NCBI GenBank assembly: GCA_040772485.1
Contig: JAXGYC010000009.1
Location: forward strand, 288,001 to 352,000
DNA: 64,000 bases
Reading direction: 5' to 3'
From: Sedimentisphaerales bacterium
GTDB lineage: Bacteria; Planctomycetota; Phycisphaerae; Sedimentisphaerales; Anaerobacaceae
Under the pieces are notes generated by a model. It was not told where the DNA came from and made no database searches. It saw only the letters and a list, made by a program, of their open reading frames with translations. The position numbers and the translations under genes are program-made. Shown piece by piece: positions 20,256 through 28,985 of this stretch; position 1 is the stretch's first letter, and each line of letters starts with the position of its first letter.

Positions 20256-22607
20256 ATGTCCAGGCAGTTCATGTGTGTAGTTTGTTCCGTATTGTTGAGC
20301 ACTATCTGCGCGCCTCTGGCCGGCGCGGCGGAGGTCGCGCCGGTGATCTTCGTCGATTTCGAGGGCGCCCTGGCCGGCACGTCCTACACGCTGGGACCGC
20401 GCGAAATCGACACGACCGGCACCTTCGCCGCTCACAACGGAACCGAAGTCGTGTCCGGGGGACTGGGAATCCTCGCCGACGCGGACGGCGCCAGCCAGGA
20501 GAGTTTCCAGTTCGACGCGTCCGCGTTCAACAACAACGGAACGTCGTTTGCCGGGACGTCCTTCGTGGTCGAAGCCGTCTTCACCGCGACCGACGCCAGT
20601 GACGCGATGGCGCCCATCATGGACCTGGGCGGTCAGTGCTTCATCCGCTTCCACGACGGGCTGTCCGCCGGCAGTTGGAACGGCAGCACGGAAGTGGCCA
20701 ACAACAACATTGAAGCGATCCCGAATGTAGGCGAAACGCACCACTATGCCATCGTGTACCACGGCGCCGAGACCATCGAGTACTACAAAGACGGCGTTCT
20801 GATCTTCCAGAGCGACAACGGCTCGCCGCAGGAGATCACCACGCTGATCTCGTGGGGCAATATCCGCCACAGTTCCGTCGATGGCGGGCGGCAGCTCATC
20901 GGGCAATACGAATCAGTGGCCTTCTCCACCTTCAGCGGCACGTTCGACCCCGAGAAGGACTTCATTCTTCCGGAAGGTCCTGTGTCACGTGCCCTGGCCT
21001 TTGCGCCCACGCCGGCCCACGAAGCCACCGATGTCCCAAGGGACACCGTTCTGAGCTGGATGCCGGGGGAATTCGCCGCGACGCATGATGTCTATCTGGG
21101 GACGGCCTTCGACGACGTCAACGAGGCGAGCCGGGCCAATCCGACGGGCGTGCTCCTCAGCCAGGGGCAGGCCGAGACCGCATACGATCCGGCCGGTGTG
21201 TTCGCATTCGGCCAGACCTATTACTGGCGCGTCGATGAAGTCAACGCCGCTCCTGACAACACGATCTTCAAGGGCGAGGTCTGGAGCTTTACCGCCGAGC
21301 CGCTGGCGTATCCGATTGCCGGCGTGATCGCCACGAGCAACGGCGCCGCTCAACCCGGTGCCGGGCCGGAAAACACGGTCAACGGCTCGGGCCTCAATGA
21401 AAACGGTGAGCACTCGACCGTCAGCGAAGACATGTGGGTGACCGGCGCTCCGGCCGGCGAGCCGCTGTGGATCCAGTTCGAGTTCGATCGCGTCTACAAG
21501 CTCAACGAGCTGCGGGTCTGGAACTACAACGTGCAGTTCGAGGTGCTCCTCGGCTTCGGCATTAAGGATGTCACCATCGAGCACTCTCTGGATGGGATCG
21601 AGTGGACGGCGCTGGGAGATGCCCAGTTTGCACAGGGTACGGCAAAGGCGACCTACACCCACAATACGGCGATCGACATGGGCGGCGTCGCCGCCAAGTA
21701 CGTCCGGCTGGTCGTCAAGAGCGGTTTCGGAGTCATGGGCCAATACGGGCTCAGCGAAGTGCGGTTCATGTACATTCCGGCTCATGCTCGGGAGCCGCAA
21801 CCGGACGATGGGGCGGTGGACGTCGAACCGTCGGCGACGCTGAGCTGGCGCGCCGGGCGCGAGGCGGCTTCGCACCAGGTCTATCTGGGCGTCGATCCGG
21901 CGAACCTGGTCCTGGCCGGGACGGTTGACGCGGCGAGCTTCCAGCCGGATGACCTTGTCTTCGGCAACGTCTATTACTGGCGAGTCGACGAGGTCAACGA
22001 GGCCGCCAGCCCTGCGACGTGGGAAGGCAACCTGTGGAGCTTCACGACACAGGAATACGCGACGATCGACGACATCGAAGGCTATACCGACGACATCGAC
22101 GCCGGCCAGGCCGTCTTCCAGACCTGGATCGACGGCTGGACCAACAACACCGGATCGACCACCGGCTACGCCGAGTCGCCGTTCGCCGAGAAGGCCATCG
22201 TTCACGGCGGGCGGCAGTCGATGCCCGTAAGCTACGACAACACTTCAGCCCCGTTCTATTCCGAGATCTCGCGAACCTGGGACAGCCCGCAAGACTGGAC
22301 CGGCCACAGCGCAAACACTCTGGTGCTGCACTTCTACGGCCCCGAGGACAACACCGCCGAGACGCTGTACGTGGCGGTCGAGGACAGCGCCGGTCACGTC
22401 GCAGTCGTTGCGCATCCTGATCCCGAGGCGCTGAGGGTCGCCGCCTGGCAGTCCTGGACGATCCCCTATAGCGAGCTGGCGGGTGTGAACATGGCGCAGG
22501 TCGAGACGATGTACATCGGCGTCGGCAATCGCGCCACCCCGACCGCCGGCGGCAGCGGCCTGATCTTCTTCGACGACATCGGCTACGGCGCGCCCTTGGC
22601 CGAATAA
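20256..22607 (+). CDS. Paralogous secreted LamG/discoidin multidomain protein
   Basis: From about aa 245 colinear with the upstream protein (ATDVPRD..LSW, ENTVNGSG, WNYNV.FE, GLSEVRF); different N-terminal jellyroll; GGAGG RBS. Confidence 0.9.
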   Translation: MSRQFMCVVCSVLLSTICAPLAGAAEVAPVIFVDFEGALAGTSYTLGPREIDTTGTFAAHNGTEVVSGGLGILADADGASQESFQFDASAFNNNGTSFAGTSFVVEAVFTATDASDAMAPIMDLGGQCFIRFHDGLSAGSWNGSTEVANNNIEAIPNVGETHHYAIVYHGAETIEYYKDGVLIFQSDNGSPQEITTLISWGNIRHSSVDGGRQLIGQYESVAFSTFSGTFDPEKDFILPEGPVSRALAFAPTPAHEATDVPRDTVLSWMPGEFAATHDVYLGTAFDDVNEASRANPTGVLLSQGQAETAYDPAGVFAFGQTYYWRVDEVNAAPDNTIFKGEVWSFTAEPLAYPIAGVIATSNGAAQPGAGPENTVNGSGLNENGEHSTVSEDMWVTGAPAGEPLWIQFEFDRVYKLNELRVWNYNVQFEVLLGFGIKDVTIEHSLDGIEWTALGDAQFAQGTAKATYTHNTAIDMGGVAAKYVRLVVKSGFGVMGQYGLSEVRFMYIPAHAREPQPDDGAVDVEPSATLSWRAGREAASHQVYLGVDPANLVLAGTVDAASFQPDDLVFGNVYYWRVDEVNEAASPATWEGNLWSFTTQEYATIDDIEGYTDDIDAGQAVFQTWIDGWTNNTGSTTGYAESPFAEKAIVHGGRQSMPVSYDNTSAPFYSEISRTWDSPQDWTGHSANTLVLHFYGPEDNTAETLYVAVEDSAGHVAVVAHPDPEALRVAAWQSWTIPYSELAGVNMAQVETMYIGVGNRATPTAGGSGLIFFDDIGYGAPLAE

Positions 22608-22626
22608 CTGTGAACAAAACCGATCG

Positions 22627-22654
22627 GCAGGGGCGAGGCATGCCTCGCCCCTGC
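22627..22654. repeat. REP-like perfect palindrome, possible terminator
   Basis: GCAGGGGCGAGGCATGCCTCGCCCCTGC followed by TTT, 20 nt after the stop codon. Confidence 0.75.
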
Positions 22655-22688
22655 TTTCGAGGGCGATGTCGATCCCAGCGTCCGTTCG

Positions 22689-22746
22689 GTCCTTTGGGTC
22701 CCTTACATCCTTTGGACCCCGGAAGGACCTGAGGGACCCAAAGGAC
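22689..22746. repeat. Nonamer tandem-repeat inverted element
   Basis: GTCCTTTGG GTCCCTTAC ATCCTTTGG faces GGAAGGAC CTGAGGGAC CCAAAGGAC. Confidence 0.7.
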
Positions 22747-22809
22747 GTGAGAGTCCACACAAACCGCCAGTCCCGATGTACATCGGGATCACCGAGGGCG
22801 CAAAGCCCT

Positions 22810-22838
22810 TTGACAGGCCGAAACCGGCCCTGTATACT
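22810..22838 (+). promoter_or_regulatory. Near-consensus sigma70 promoter of galM
   Basis: TTGACA-17 bp-TATACT. Confidence 0.8.
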
Positions 22839-22906
22839 CCGAATTCGTTTCGCGTCGCGCGTCTTGCGCGCTGCGCAGCGCACGACGTTTGAAAGGAGAT
22901 GTGCCT

Positions 22907-23947
22907 ATGAACGCGCATAAGGAACCGTTTGGACGAACCGCAGATGGCCGGGAGGCTTCCGTCTACACGCTCGCCAACTCGAAAGGGCTGCGAGCGCGGA
23001 TCACGGACTACGGGGCGACGCTCGTTTCCTTATACGTGCCGGATCGCAATGGCAACCTCGGCGACGTCGTGTTGGGATTCGACGACTTGCAGGGCTATCT
23101 CGGCCACACCGCGTACATGGGGGCCACCGTGGGCCGCTACGCCAACCGCATCGGCGGCGCCAAGTTCAAGCTCGATGGGGTCGAATACAAGCTGGCCGCC
23201 AACAACGGTCCGAACCACCTGCACGGCGGCATCAAAGGCTTCGACAAGGTCGTGTGGCATACGAAAGAGGTGGTGGCGGCCGAGGACGAGGCCTGGGTCA
23301 AGATGAGCTACCTGAGCGCCGACGGCGAGGAAGGTTACCCGGGCAACCTCCAGTGCACCGTAACCTATATGCTGACGAACGCCGACGAGCTCTGCATCAG
23401 CTACGAGGCGCGGACGGACAAGAAGACCGTGGTCAATCTGACGAATCACAGCTACTGGAACCTCGCCGGGCAGGGCAACGGCGATATTCTGGGCCACGAG
23501 CTTCAACTGGGCGCGGAGAAGTTCACGCTCATCGACAAGGGATTGATCCCGACGGGCATCCTTGCCAGTGTGCTGGACATGCCGTTGGACTTCACGCGGA
23601 CCCGGACGATCGGCTCGCGGATTCGCCAGACCGGAAACGGATACGATCACAATTATGTACTCAAAGGCAAGCCGGGCGATCTGAAATGCTGCGGCCAGGT
23701 GCACGAGTCCGGCACGGGCCGCGTCATGGAAATCCACACCACCGAGCCGGGGGTCCAGCTTTACACGGGCAACTTCCTCGATGGATTGGCGGGCAAGGGC
23801 GGCAGCCGGTACGACAAACACGCCGGTTTCTGCCTGGAAACCCAGCACTATCCCGACTCGCCAAACAAACCCAATTTCCCGTCCACCGTCCTGGAGCCGG
23901 GGCAGACCTTCGCCAGCCGGACCGTACACAAGTTCTCCACAAAGTAG
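22907..23947 (+). CDS. galM: Aldose 1-epimerase (galactose mutarotase)
   Basis: GATVGRYANRI, HLHGG, NLTNHSYWNL, YDHNY, QLYTGN and CLETQHYPD motifs; GGAG RBS. Confidence 0.96.
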   Translation: MNAHKEPFGRTADGREASVYTLANSKGLRARITDYGATLVSLYVPDRNGNLGDVVLGFDDLQGYLGHTAYMGATVGRYANRIGGAKFKLDGVEYKLAANNGPNHLHGGIKGFDKVVWHTKEVVAAEDEAWVKMSYLSADGEEGYPGNLQCTVTYMLTNADELCISYEARTDKKTVVNLTNHSYWNLAGQGNGDILGHELQLGAEKFTLIDKGLIPTGILASVLDMPLDFTRTRTIGSRIRQTGNGYDHNYVLKGKPGDLKCCGQVHESGTGRVMEIHTTEPGVQLYTGNFLDGLAGKGGSRYDKHAGFCLETQHYPDSPNKPNFPSTVLEPGQTFASRTVHKFSTK

Positions 23948-23975
23948 GATGGGCTTTAGCCCATGCCGTTCCTAC
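23944..23975. repeat. GTAG-REP spanning two convergent stop codons
   Basis: GTAGGATGGGCTTTAGCCCATGC..CTAC. The first 23 nt are identical to 48366-48388. Confidence 0.8.
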
Positions 23976-25408
23976 CCGAGATAGACCCGGTCCCCCGGCT
24001 GGATGGCCGGGATCTGGTCCAGCCTGGCCTCGAGGTCCTCGGGTTCGAGCGCGAAAGACGGGGCGATCTCCAGCAGACAGTCGGGGGAGCCGCCCGGCTT
24101 TCGCGGCACGGCCACGCCCGCCGATTCGAGCCACCTGGCGGCCCGCTCCACCATCATCACCCGCGTCGATTCGGCGCTGTCGACGCCCGTGGCGTTCTTG
24201 GTGGGGGCAAACTGCTCGGCGCGGTCGATATCGAGGATGATCGACCGATTCGCGATGGGCAGCGCGTCGAAGATGAACGATTCGAGCTTGATGCCGTTGG
24301 GCTGGGCCGGTTCGACCGGATTGCCCTGCGAATCGATGTGGGGGATCTTCTTCACCGCCCGGTGCAGTGGCAGCGAGAAGCCCTCGGTGTTCAGCTTCTC
24401 GATGAAATCGGTGCTGATGATGTGAATCGCGATGCTGCCGAGACGGAATACCAAAGACCCGTCCGGGTTTCGTCTCTCGGCCAGACTGTCGTCCAGATCG
24501 CTGTACTCGATGACGGTGACCTTGCCGTCGACGAGGCAGAAGTTGCCGACCTTCTCCTTGGGATCATTCTTAATCACTGCTTTGGACGACATTTGCGCGC
24601 CGTCGATGGCGTGCAGGCCGACAAAAAGCGGGTCGAAGAGCTTCACCAGCGGGTTGTCGACCTGCCAGTAGCTGAGGTACTCGACGCCGCGTTTCTTCAT
24701 GTCCGCCAGGGCGCCGCTGCGGGCCAGGGCCCGGATGCTGCCGCCGTGGCCGTCGGGCGAGCGGGCGATGGAGGCCTTGTCGGCCATCAGAATCCTGCCG
24801 TCGAACCCGAAATTGGGCAGCGTTCCCTGCTGAAAGATCAAAACACTGTCTCGGTCCAGGCCGTAGAAATGATTGGATTCGAAGATTTGCACCGTCGCCT
24901 CGTGGTTCATCGGGCTGGTCATGATGTACCAGGGGCAGACGGTGCGGTAGCGGCGGGAAACCGCCTCGATGGTTTCGGCGAATACCTGGAAGAGCGTCTT
25001 GTTCCTGACCGGGCTGATAGGGTAGTTGCCCTTGGGGCCGTCGAAACCCAGCCGCGTTCCCTGGCCTCCGGCGACCACGAACGCGGCCACCTTTCCTGCC
25101 GCGATCAGCTCTTTGCCAAGTTTCACGGCGTCGGCGTACTTGCGGCGTTCGGCATCGGTCCTGGGCACGATTCCGTAGGAAGGGGCCGGCTGGAATTCCT
25201 CGTGCCGGACTGGGGTTTGCGGGGCGTGCCGGACCAGGGTTTCGACCCAAGTGGGGATCTTGTCCAGGTCCAGTTCCCGGATCTGTTCGGCCAGCCCGGC
25301 CAGCTCGCCAGGACCCAGTTGATCCCAGAAGCTCAGGAGATGGTCCTGGCCGCACGCGGAAAGCTGTCGCCTGATAACATCGATTTTCGCGCTCTGATTG
25401 CCCTGCAT
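23972..25408 (-). CDS. UDP-N-acetylhexosamine pyrophosphorylase (UDPGP type 1 / UAP1-like)
   Basis: GQ.HLL, AGGQGTRLG...PKG, PWYIMTS, PDGHGG, QVDNPL, EKVG, EYSD, KLE.FIFD and FAP.KN motifs. Confidence 0.93.
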   Translation of the reverse strand: MQGNQSAKIDVIRRQLSACGQDHLLSFWDQLGPGELAGLAEQIRELDLDKIPTWVETLVRHAPQTPVRHEEFQPAPSYGIVPRTDAERRKYADAVKLGKELIAAGKVAAFVVAGGQGTRLGFDGPKGNYPISPVRNKTLFQVFAETIEAVSRRYRTVCPWYIMTSPMNHEATVQIFESNHFYGLDRDSVLIFQQGTLPNFGFDGRILMADKASIARSPDGHGGSIRALARSGALADMKKRGVEYLSYWQVDNPLVKLFDPLFVGLHAIDGAQMSSKAVIKNDPKEKVGNFCLVDGKVTVIEYSDLDDSLAERRNPDGSLVFRLGSIAIHIISTDFIEKLNTEGFSLPLHRAVKKIPHIDSQGNPVEPAQPNGIKLESFIFDALPIANRSIILDIDRAEQFAPTKNATGVDSAESTRVMMVERAARWLESAGVAVPRKPGGSPDCLLEIAPSFALEPEDLEARLDQIPAIQPGDRVYLG

Positions 25409-25495
25409 GGTTGACTCCAAAACCAGGAAAACGGGTGAATCTTAAGGGATGTCCAAAAAAATTCAAGGCAGGGGCCGAAAATTACGAAAAAGACA

Positions 25496-25524
25496 TTGAC
25501 GGACCTCTTTGTGTCTGTTAGATT
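25496..25524 (+). promoter_or_regulatory. Putative sigma70 promoter of the first pilin-like gene
   Basis: TTGACG-17 bp-TAGATT with TG extended -10 and an A-rich upstream tract. Confidence 0.65.
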
Positions 25525-25878
25525 GCAGGTGTAGACAGGTAGGCTTGTCTAAGGCCGTATTTCATATTGCAGACTGTCATCATATTCTTGTCAGCATCTT
25601 CATATCAAAGCCTGCCTGCTGCGGAACGTTGGGAAACGAACGAGTTTTCCTACTGTGAGGAGTGCTGGGCCCTTGTGCCCACGGGTTCATGTTCCGATAA
25701 AACAGGCGTTTGAAACCGGCCGGCCGTCTCTTTCAGTCAAAGACGTATGTGCTCAGGAGATTCGCGGCGCGCGTATTTGCCGGTCGGGTGGCAAAAGGAT
25801 TCATCGGTACTATCGCCAAAGTGGTTTGTTGAAGAGCGGTCGGTCTGCGAATCTCGTAAGCAACGAAAGGAGAACACT

Positions 25879-26784
25879 ATGAGAAGAAAAGGTTTTACCC
25901 TGGTCGAGCTGCTGGTCGTTATCGCGATCATCGCTCTGCTGATGGGCATTCTGATGCCGGCGCTGGCTCGCGTTCGCCAGTTGGCCTTCAGAATGACCTG
26001 CGGCACCAACCTGGCGGGTATCGGCAAGGCCATGCTGATCTACGCCAACGACTACGAGGATGAGCTGCCCCGAGCCGGCGGCCGGCTCTCCCAGTGGAAC
26101 GGCCCGGTCATTTGGGCGGCCGCCGATCGCTACAGCGCCTATGGCGTCAGCCAGTCGGACGGCAGCGGCGGCAAGGCCACGATCACGTCGTGCTTCTATC
26201 TGCTGGTCAAGTACGCCGAAGTGACTCCGAAGTCGTTCGTCTGCAAGGGCGACACCGGGACCACCGAGTGGCAACTGTCCGATGAGACGAACGTCACGAC
26301 CGGCTTCGAGATGATCGATGCCTGGGACTTCGGCCAGAACCCCGTGGACAATTGCAGCTATTCGTATCACATTCCGTTCGGCCAGTACGCTCTGACCACG
26401 TCGAGCGAGCCCGGCCTGGCGGTGGCCTCCGAAAGGAACCCGTGGATCAAGAGCCCGGCGGCCGAGGTCGGCGACTTCACGCTGTTCAATCCCGACGTCA
26501 CTCCGTACAACGGGACCACCGAGACGGCACTGAAGGGCAACGCGATCTCGCACCAGGGCGACGGCCAGAACGTGCTGTTCCTGGACAGCCACGTCGAGTT
26601 CGCCAAACGGGCGTTCTGCTCGCTCGAAGATGACAACATCTTCACAAGGTCGGCGAACAACGTCAAGGGCGATGCCAAGGGCACGCTGCCGGCCTACTCG
26701 ACCACCTTCGCTCCGATGAACCGCAAGGACAGCGTCCTGGTTCATGACCCGGACAAGTTCGCCACGACGACCCGAGGCAGTTAG
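25879..26784 (+). CDS. Type IV pilin-like / prepilin N-methylation domain protein (DUF1559/H-X9-DG class), paralog 1
   Basis: MRRKG/FTLVELLVVIAIIALL cleavage-methylation motif, C.TNL and H..G.NVLFLDSHV motifs; AAGGAG RBS. Confidence 0.95.
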   Translation: MRRKGFTLVELLVVIAIIALLMGILMPALARVRQLAFRMTCGTNLAGIGKAMLIYANDYEDELPRAGGRLSQWNGPVIWAAADRYSAYGVSQSDGSGGKATITSCFYLLVKYAEVTPKSFVCKGDTGTTEWQLSDETNVTTGFEMIDAWDFGQNPVDNCSYSYHIPFGQYALTTSSEPGLAVASERNPWIKSPAAEVGDFTLFNPDVTPYNGTTETALKGNAISHQGDGQNVLFLDSHVEFAKRAFCSLEDDNIFTRSANNVKGDAKGTLPAYSTTFAPMNRKDSVLVHDPDKFATTTRGS

Positions 26785-26822
26785 TCCGGGGTCTGCATGT
26801 GAGTTCGTAGTCTGAATTCGAT

Positions 26823-26858
26823 GGCGGCCCCGGGTTCTTCGGGGCCGCCTTCTTTCTT
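26823..26858 (+). terminator. Rho-independent terminator
   Basis: GGCGGCCCCG-loop-CGGGGCCGCC followed by TTCTTTCTT. Confidence 0.85.
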
Positions 26859-27522
26859 GCGGCAGGCTCTTTGACAATGTGTCCGGATATCAAACTGAGC
26901 AGTGGCAGTGCTGGAAAGCTGCTGTGAGGAACCTGGATCGCGGGATCGCGCGGTTTGCGCGACGGGCTCGACAGACATATCATCATATCCTTAGTCATCA
27001 TCTATTCCGTATCACTCTGGATTTCATCCCGTCATTCCATTTCTGTCGCGACAGAGGACTCACCTGGCCGGACGGTTCTGCCCTCGCTGATGTTGCGCTG
27101 CGCGAACCGGGAAACCCCAGGGTCTGACTGTGCTTTCCGGTGCGGGACTTGATTCCGGCATCCTGGCCATCATTCCATTCACCTCGTCCTGCACCCGGTG
27201 CTCTTCGGCCCATCCAGGGTTCATTTGTCTTCCTTATCGGGTGCATTGTGCGCCCAAGGTCCGTTGCGCGCATCCTCCTCACTATGTCAATCTTCTGCGT
27301 ATAGTGGCTCTCTCTTGGACTCGGCCATCGGCCGTACACCCTGAACTCGGAAGATTGGCGGGCAAGAATTCCCCGAGTCCGGCAGCACAGGGCTTCTCGT
27401 GCGCCCTTGCTGCCCGTGCCGGCCCGTGCGCCGGCGTTCCAACCGCATTTATCCATGAAGATACAGCGACTTGCTGCAAACGGCCGGCCCGCCGATCGGA
27501 CGTCTCGGAAAGGAGAACGAAC

Positions 27523-28431
27523 ATGAAGCGCAAAGGTTTCACCCTGGTTGAGCTGTTGGTCGTGATTGCGATCATCGCTCTGTTGATGGGCATTCTGATG
27601 CCCGCACTGGCAAGGGTCCGGCAGTTGGCCTTCCGGCTGACCTGCGGGACGAACCTGGCGGGGATCGGCAAGGCCATGCTGATCTATGCCAACGATTATG
27701 AGGACGAGCTGCCCCGGGCCGGCGGCCGGCTCTCCCAGTGGAACGGCCCGGTCGTCTGGAACGCTGCCGATCGCTACAACGCCTATGGCGTCCAGCAGTC
27801 GGACGGCAGCGGCGGCAAGGCCACGATCACGTCGTGCTTCTATCTGCTGGTCAAGTACGCCGAAGTGACCCCGAAGTCGTTCGTCTGCAAGGGCGACACC
27901 GGGACCACCGAGTGGCAACTGTCCGATGAGACGAACGTCACGACCGGCTTCGAGATGATCGATGCCTGGGACTTCGGCGCGACGCCCTGGGACAATTGCA
28001 GCTATTCGTACCATCTGCCGTTCGGGCAGTACGCTCTGACGACGTCGAGCGAGCCGGGATTGGCGGTGGCGGCCGACCGGAATCCGTGGATCAAGAGCCC
28101 GGCGGCCGAGGAAGGCGACTTCTCGCTGTTCAATCCCGATGTCACTCCGTACAACGGAAGCACCGAGACGGCGCTGAAGGGCAACGCGATCTCGCACCAG
28201 GGCGACGGCCAGAACGTGCTGTTCCTCGACAGTCACGTCGAGTTCGCCAAACGCGCGTTCTGCTCGCTCGAAGACGACAACATCTACACGAAGTCGGCGA
28301 ACAACGTCAAGGGCGATGCCAAGGGCGTGATACCGGTCTATTCGGCCACGTATACGCCGATGAATCGCAAGGACAGCCTGCTGGTTCACGATCCGGACAA
28401 GATGACGCCGGGAAGGTTGCCCAAGCCATAG
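27523..28431 (+). CDS. Pilin-like protein, paralog 2
   Basis: MKRKGFTLVELL; about 90% aa identity to paralog 1 by manual count; AAGGAG RBS. Confidence 0.95.
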   Translation: MKRKGFTLVELLVVIAIIALLMGILMPALARVRQLAFRLTCGTNLAGIGKAMLIYANDYEDELPRAGGRLSQWNGPVVWNAADRYNAYGVQQSDGSGGKATITSCFYLLVKYAEVTPKSFVCKGDTGTTEWQLSDETNVTTGFEMIDAWDFGATPWDNCSYSYHLPFGQYALTTSSEPGLAVAADRNPWIKSPAAEEGDFSLFNPDVTPYNGSTETALKGNAISHQGDGQNVLFLDSHVEFAKRAFCSLEDDNIYTKSANNVKGDAKGVIPVYSATYTPMNRKDSLLVHDPDKMTPGRLPKP

Positions 28432-28985
28432 GGTCTCACAGCGCTTTCGCGTGAGGGTATACCTTTTCTTCTGAGGGCGACCTCGTGCAGTTGTGGCACG
28501 GGGTCGCCTTCGACCTCGCAACGTGCTCTTTGAGAACGCATCCGAATGCGCCGACGACGGCGACGCCTGAGGATCGTCGTGAAGGTCTCCTTCGCACGAT
28601 GGGCATATACGGCAGGGCGGGTGGACGAGGATATCCGGTGGCCATCATTCATTCCATATCCCCTCGAATCCCGCCGCACCGTTCTGCTGCGTGCGAGAGA
28701 GCTTCCCTTCGAGACCGGGTCGCGCTGTTGTCGGGCATCGAGAGTCGTTCCTTCCGATGGGACGGCTCCGGATCGGCGTAGAACGGTGAACCAGGGACCG
28801 ACCGCGTCAACCAACGGGATCGGCGGGTGCCCATGGTCCGCGTCCTGCGTCGACGGGCGTCTGCGCGCCCGCACAATCCTCGCACCGGCTGGATGGGCCG
28901 GCGCGAAGGCGGATTCATTCCTGTCGATAGGGTAGCCATAAGACGGTCTGACCCGCCGATCTCGACGAAGTGAAAGGGGACGAAA

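Noticed and set aside
26871..26900. TTGACA promoter for pilin 2
   Set aside because: No acceptable -10 hexamer at 16-18 bp spacing.
26985..27280. Antisense CsrB-like sRNA between pilins 1 and 2
   Set aside because: GGA motifs occur on both strands and I found no convincing minus-strand promoter or terminator.
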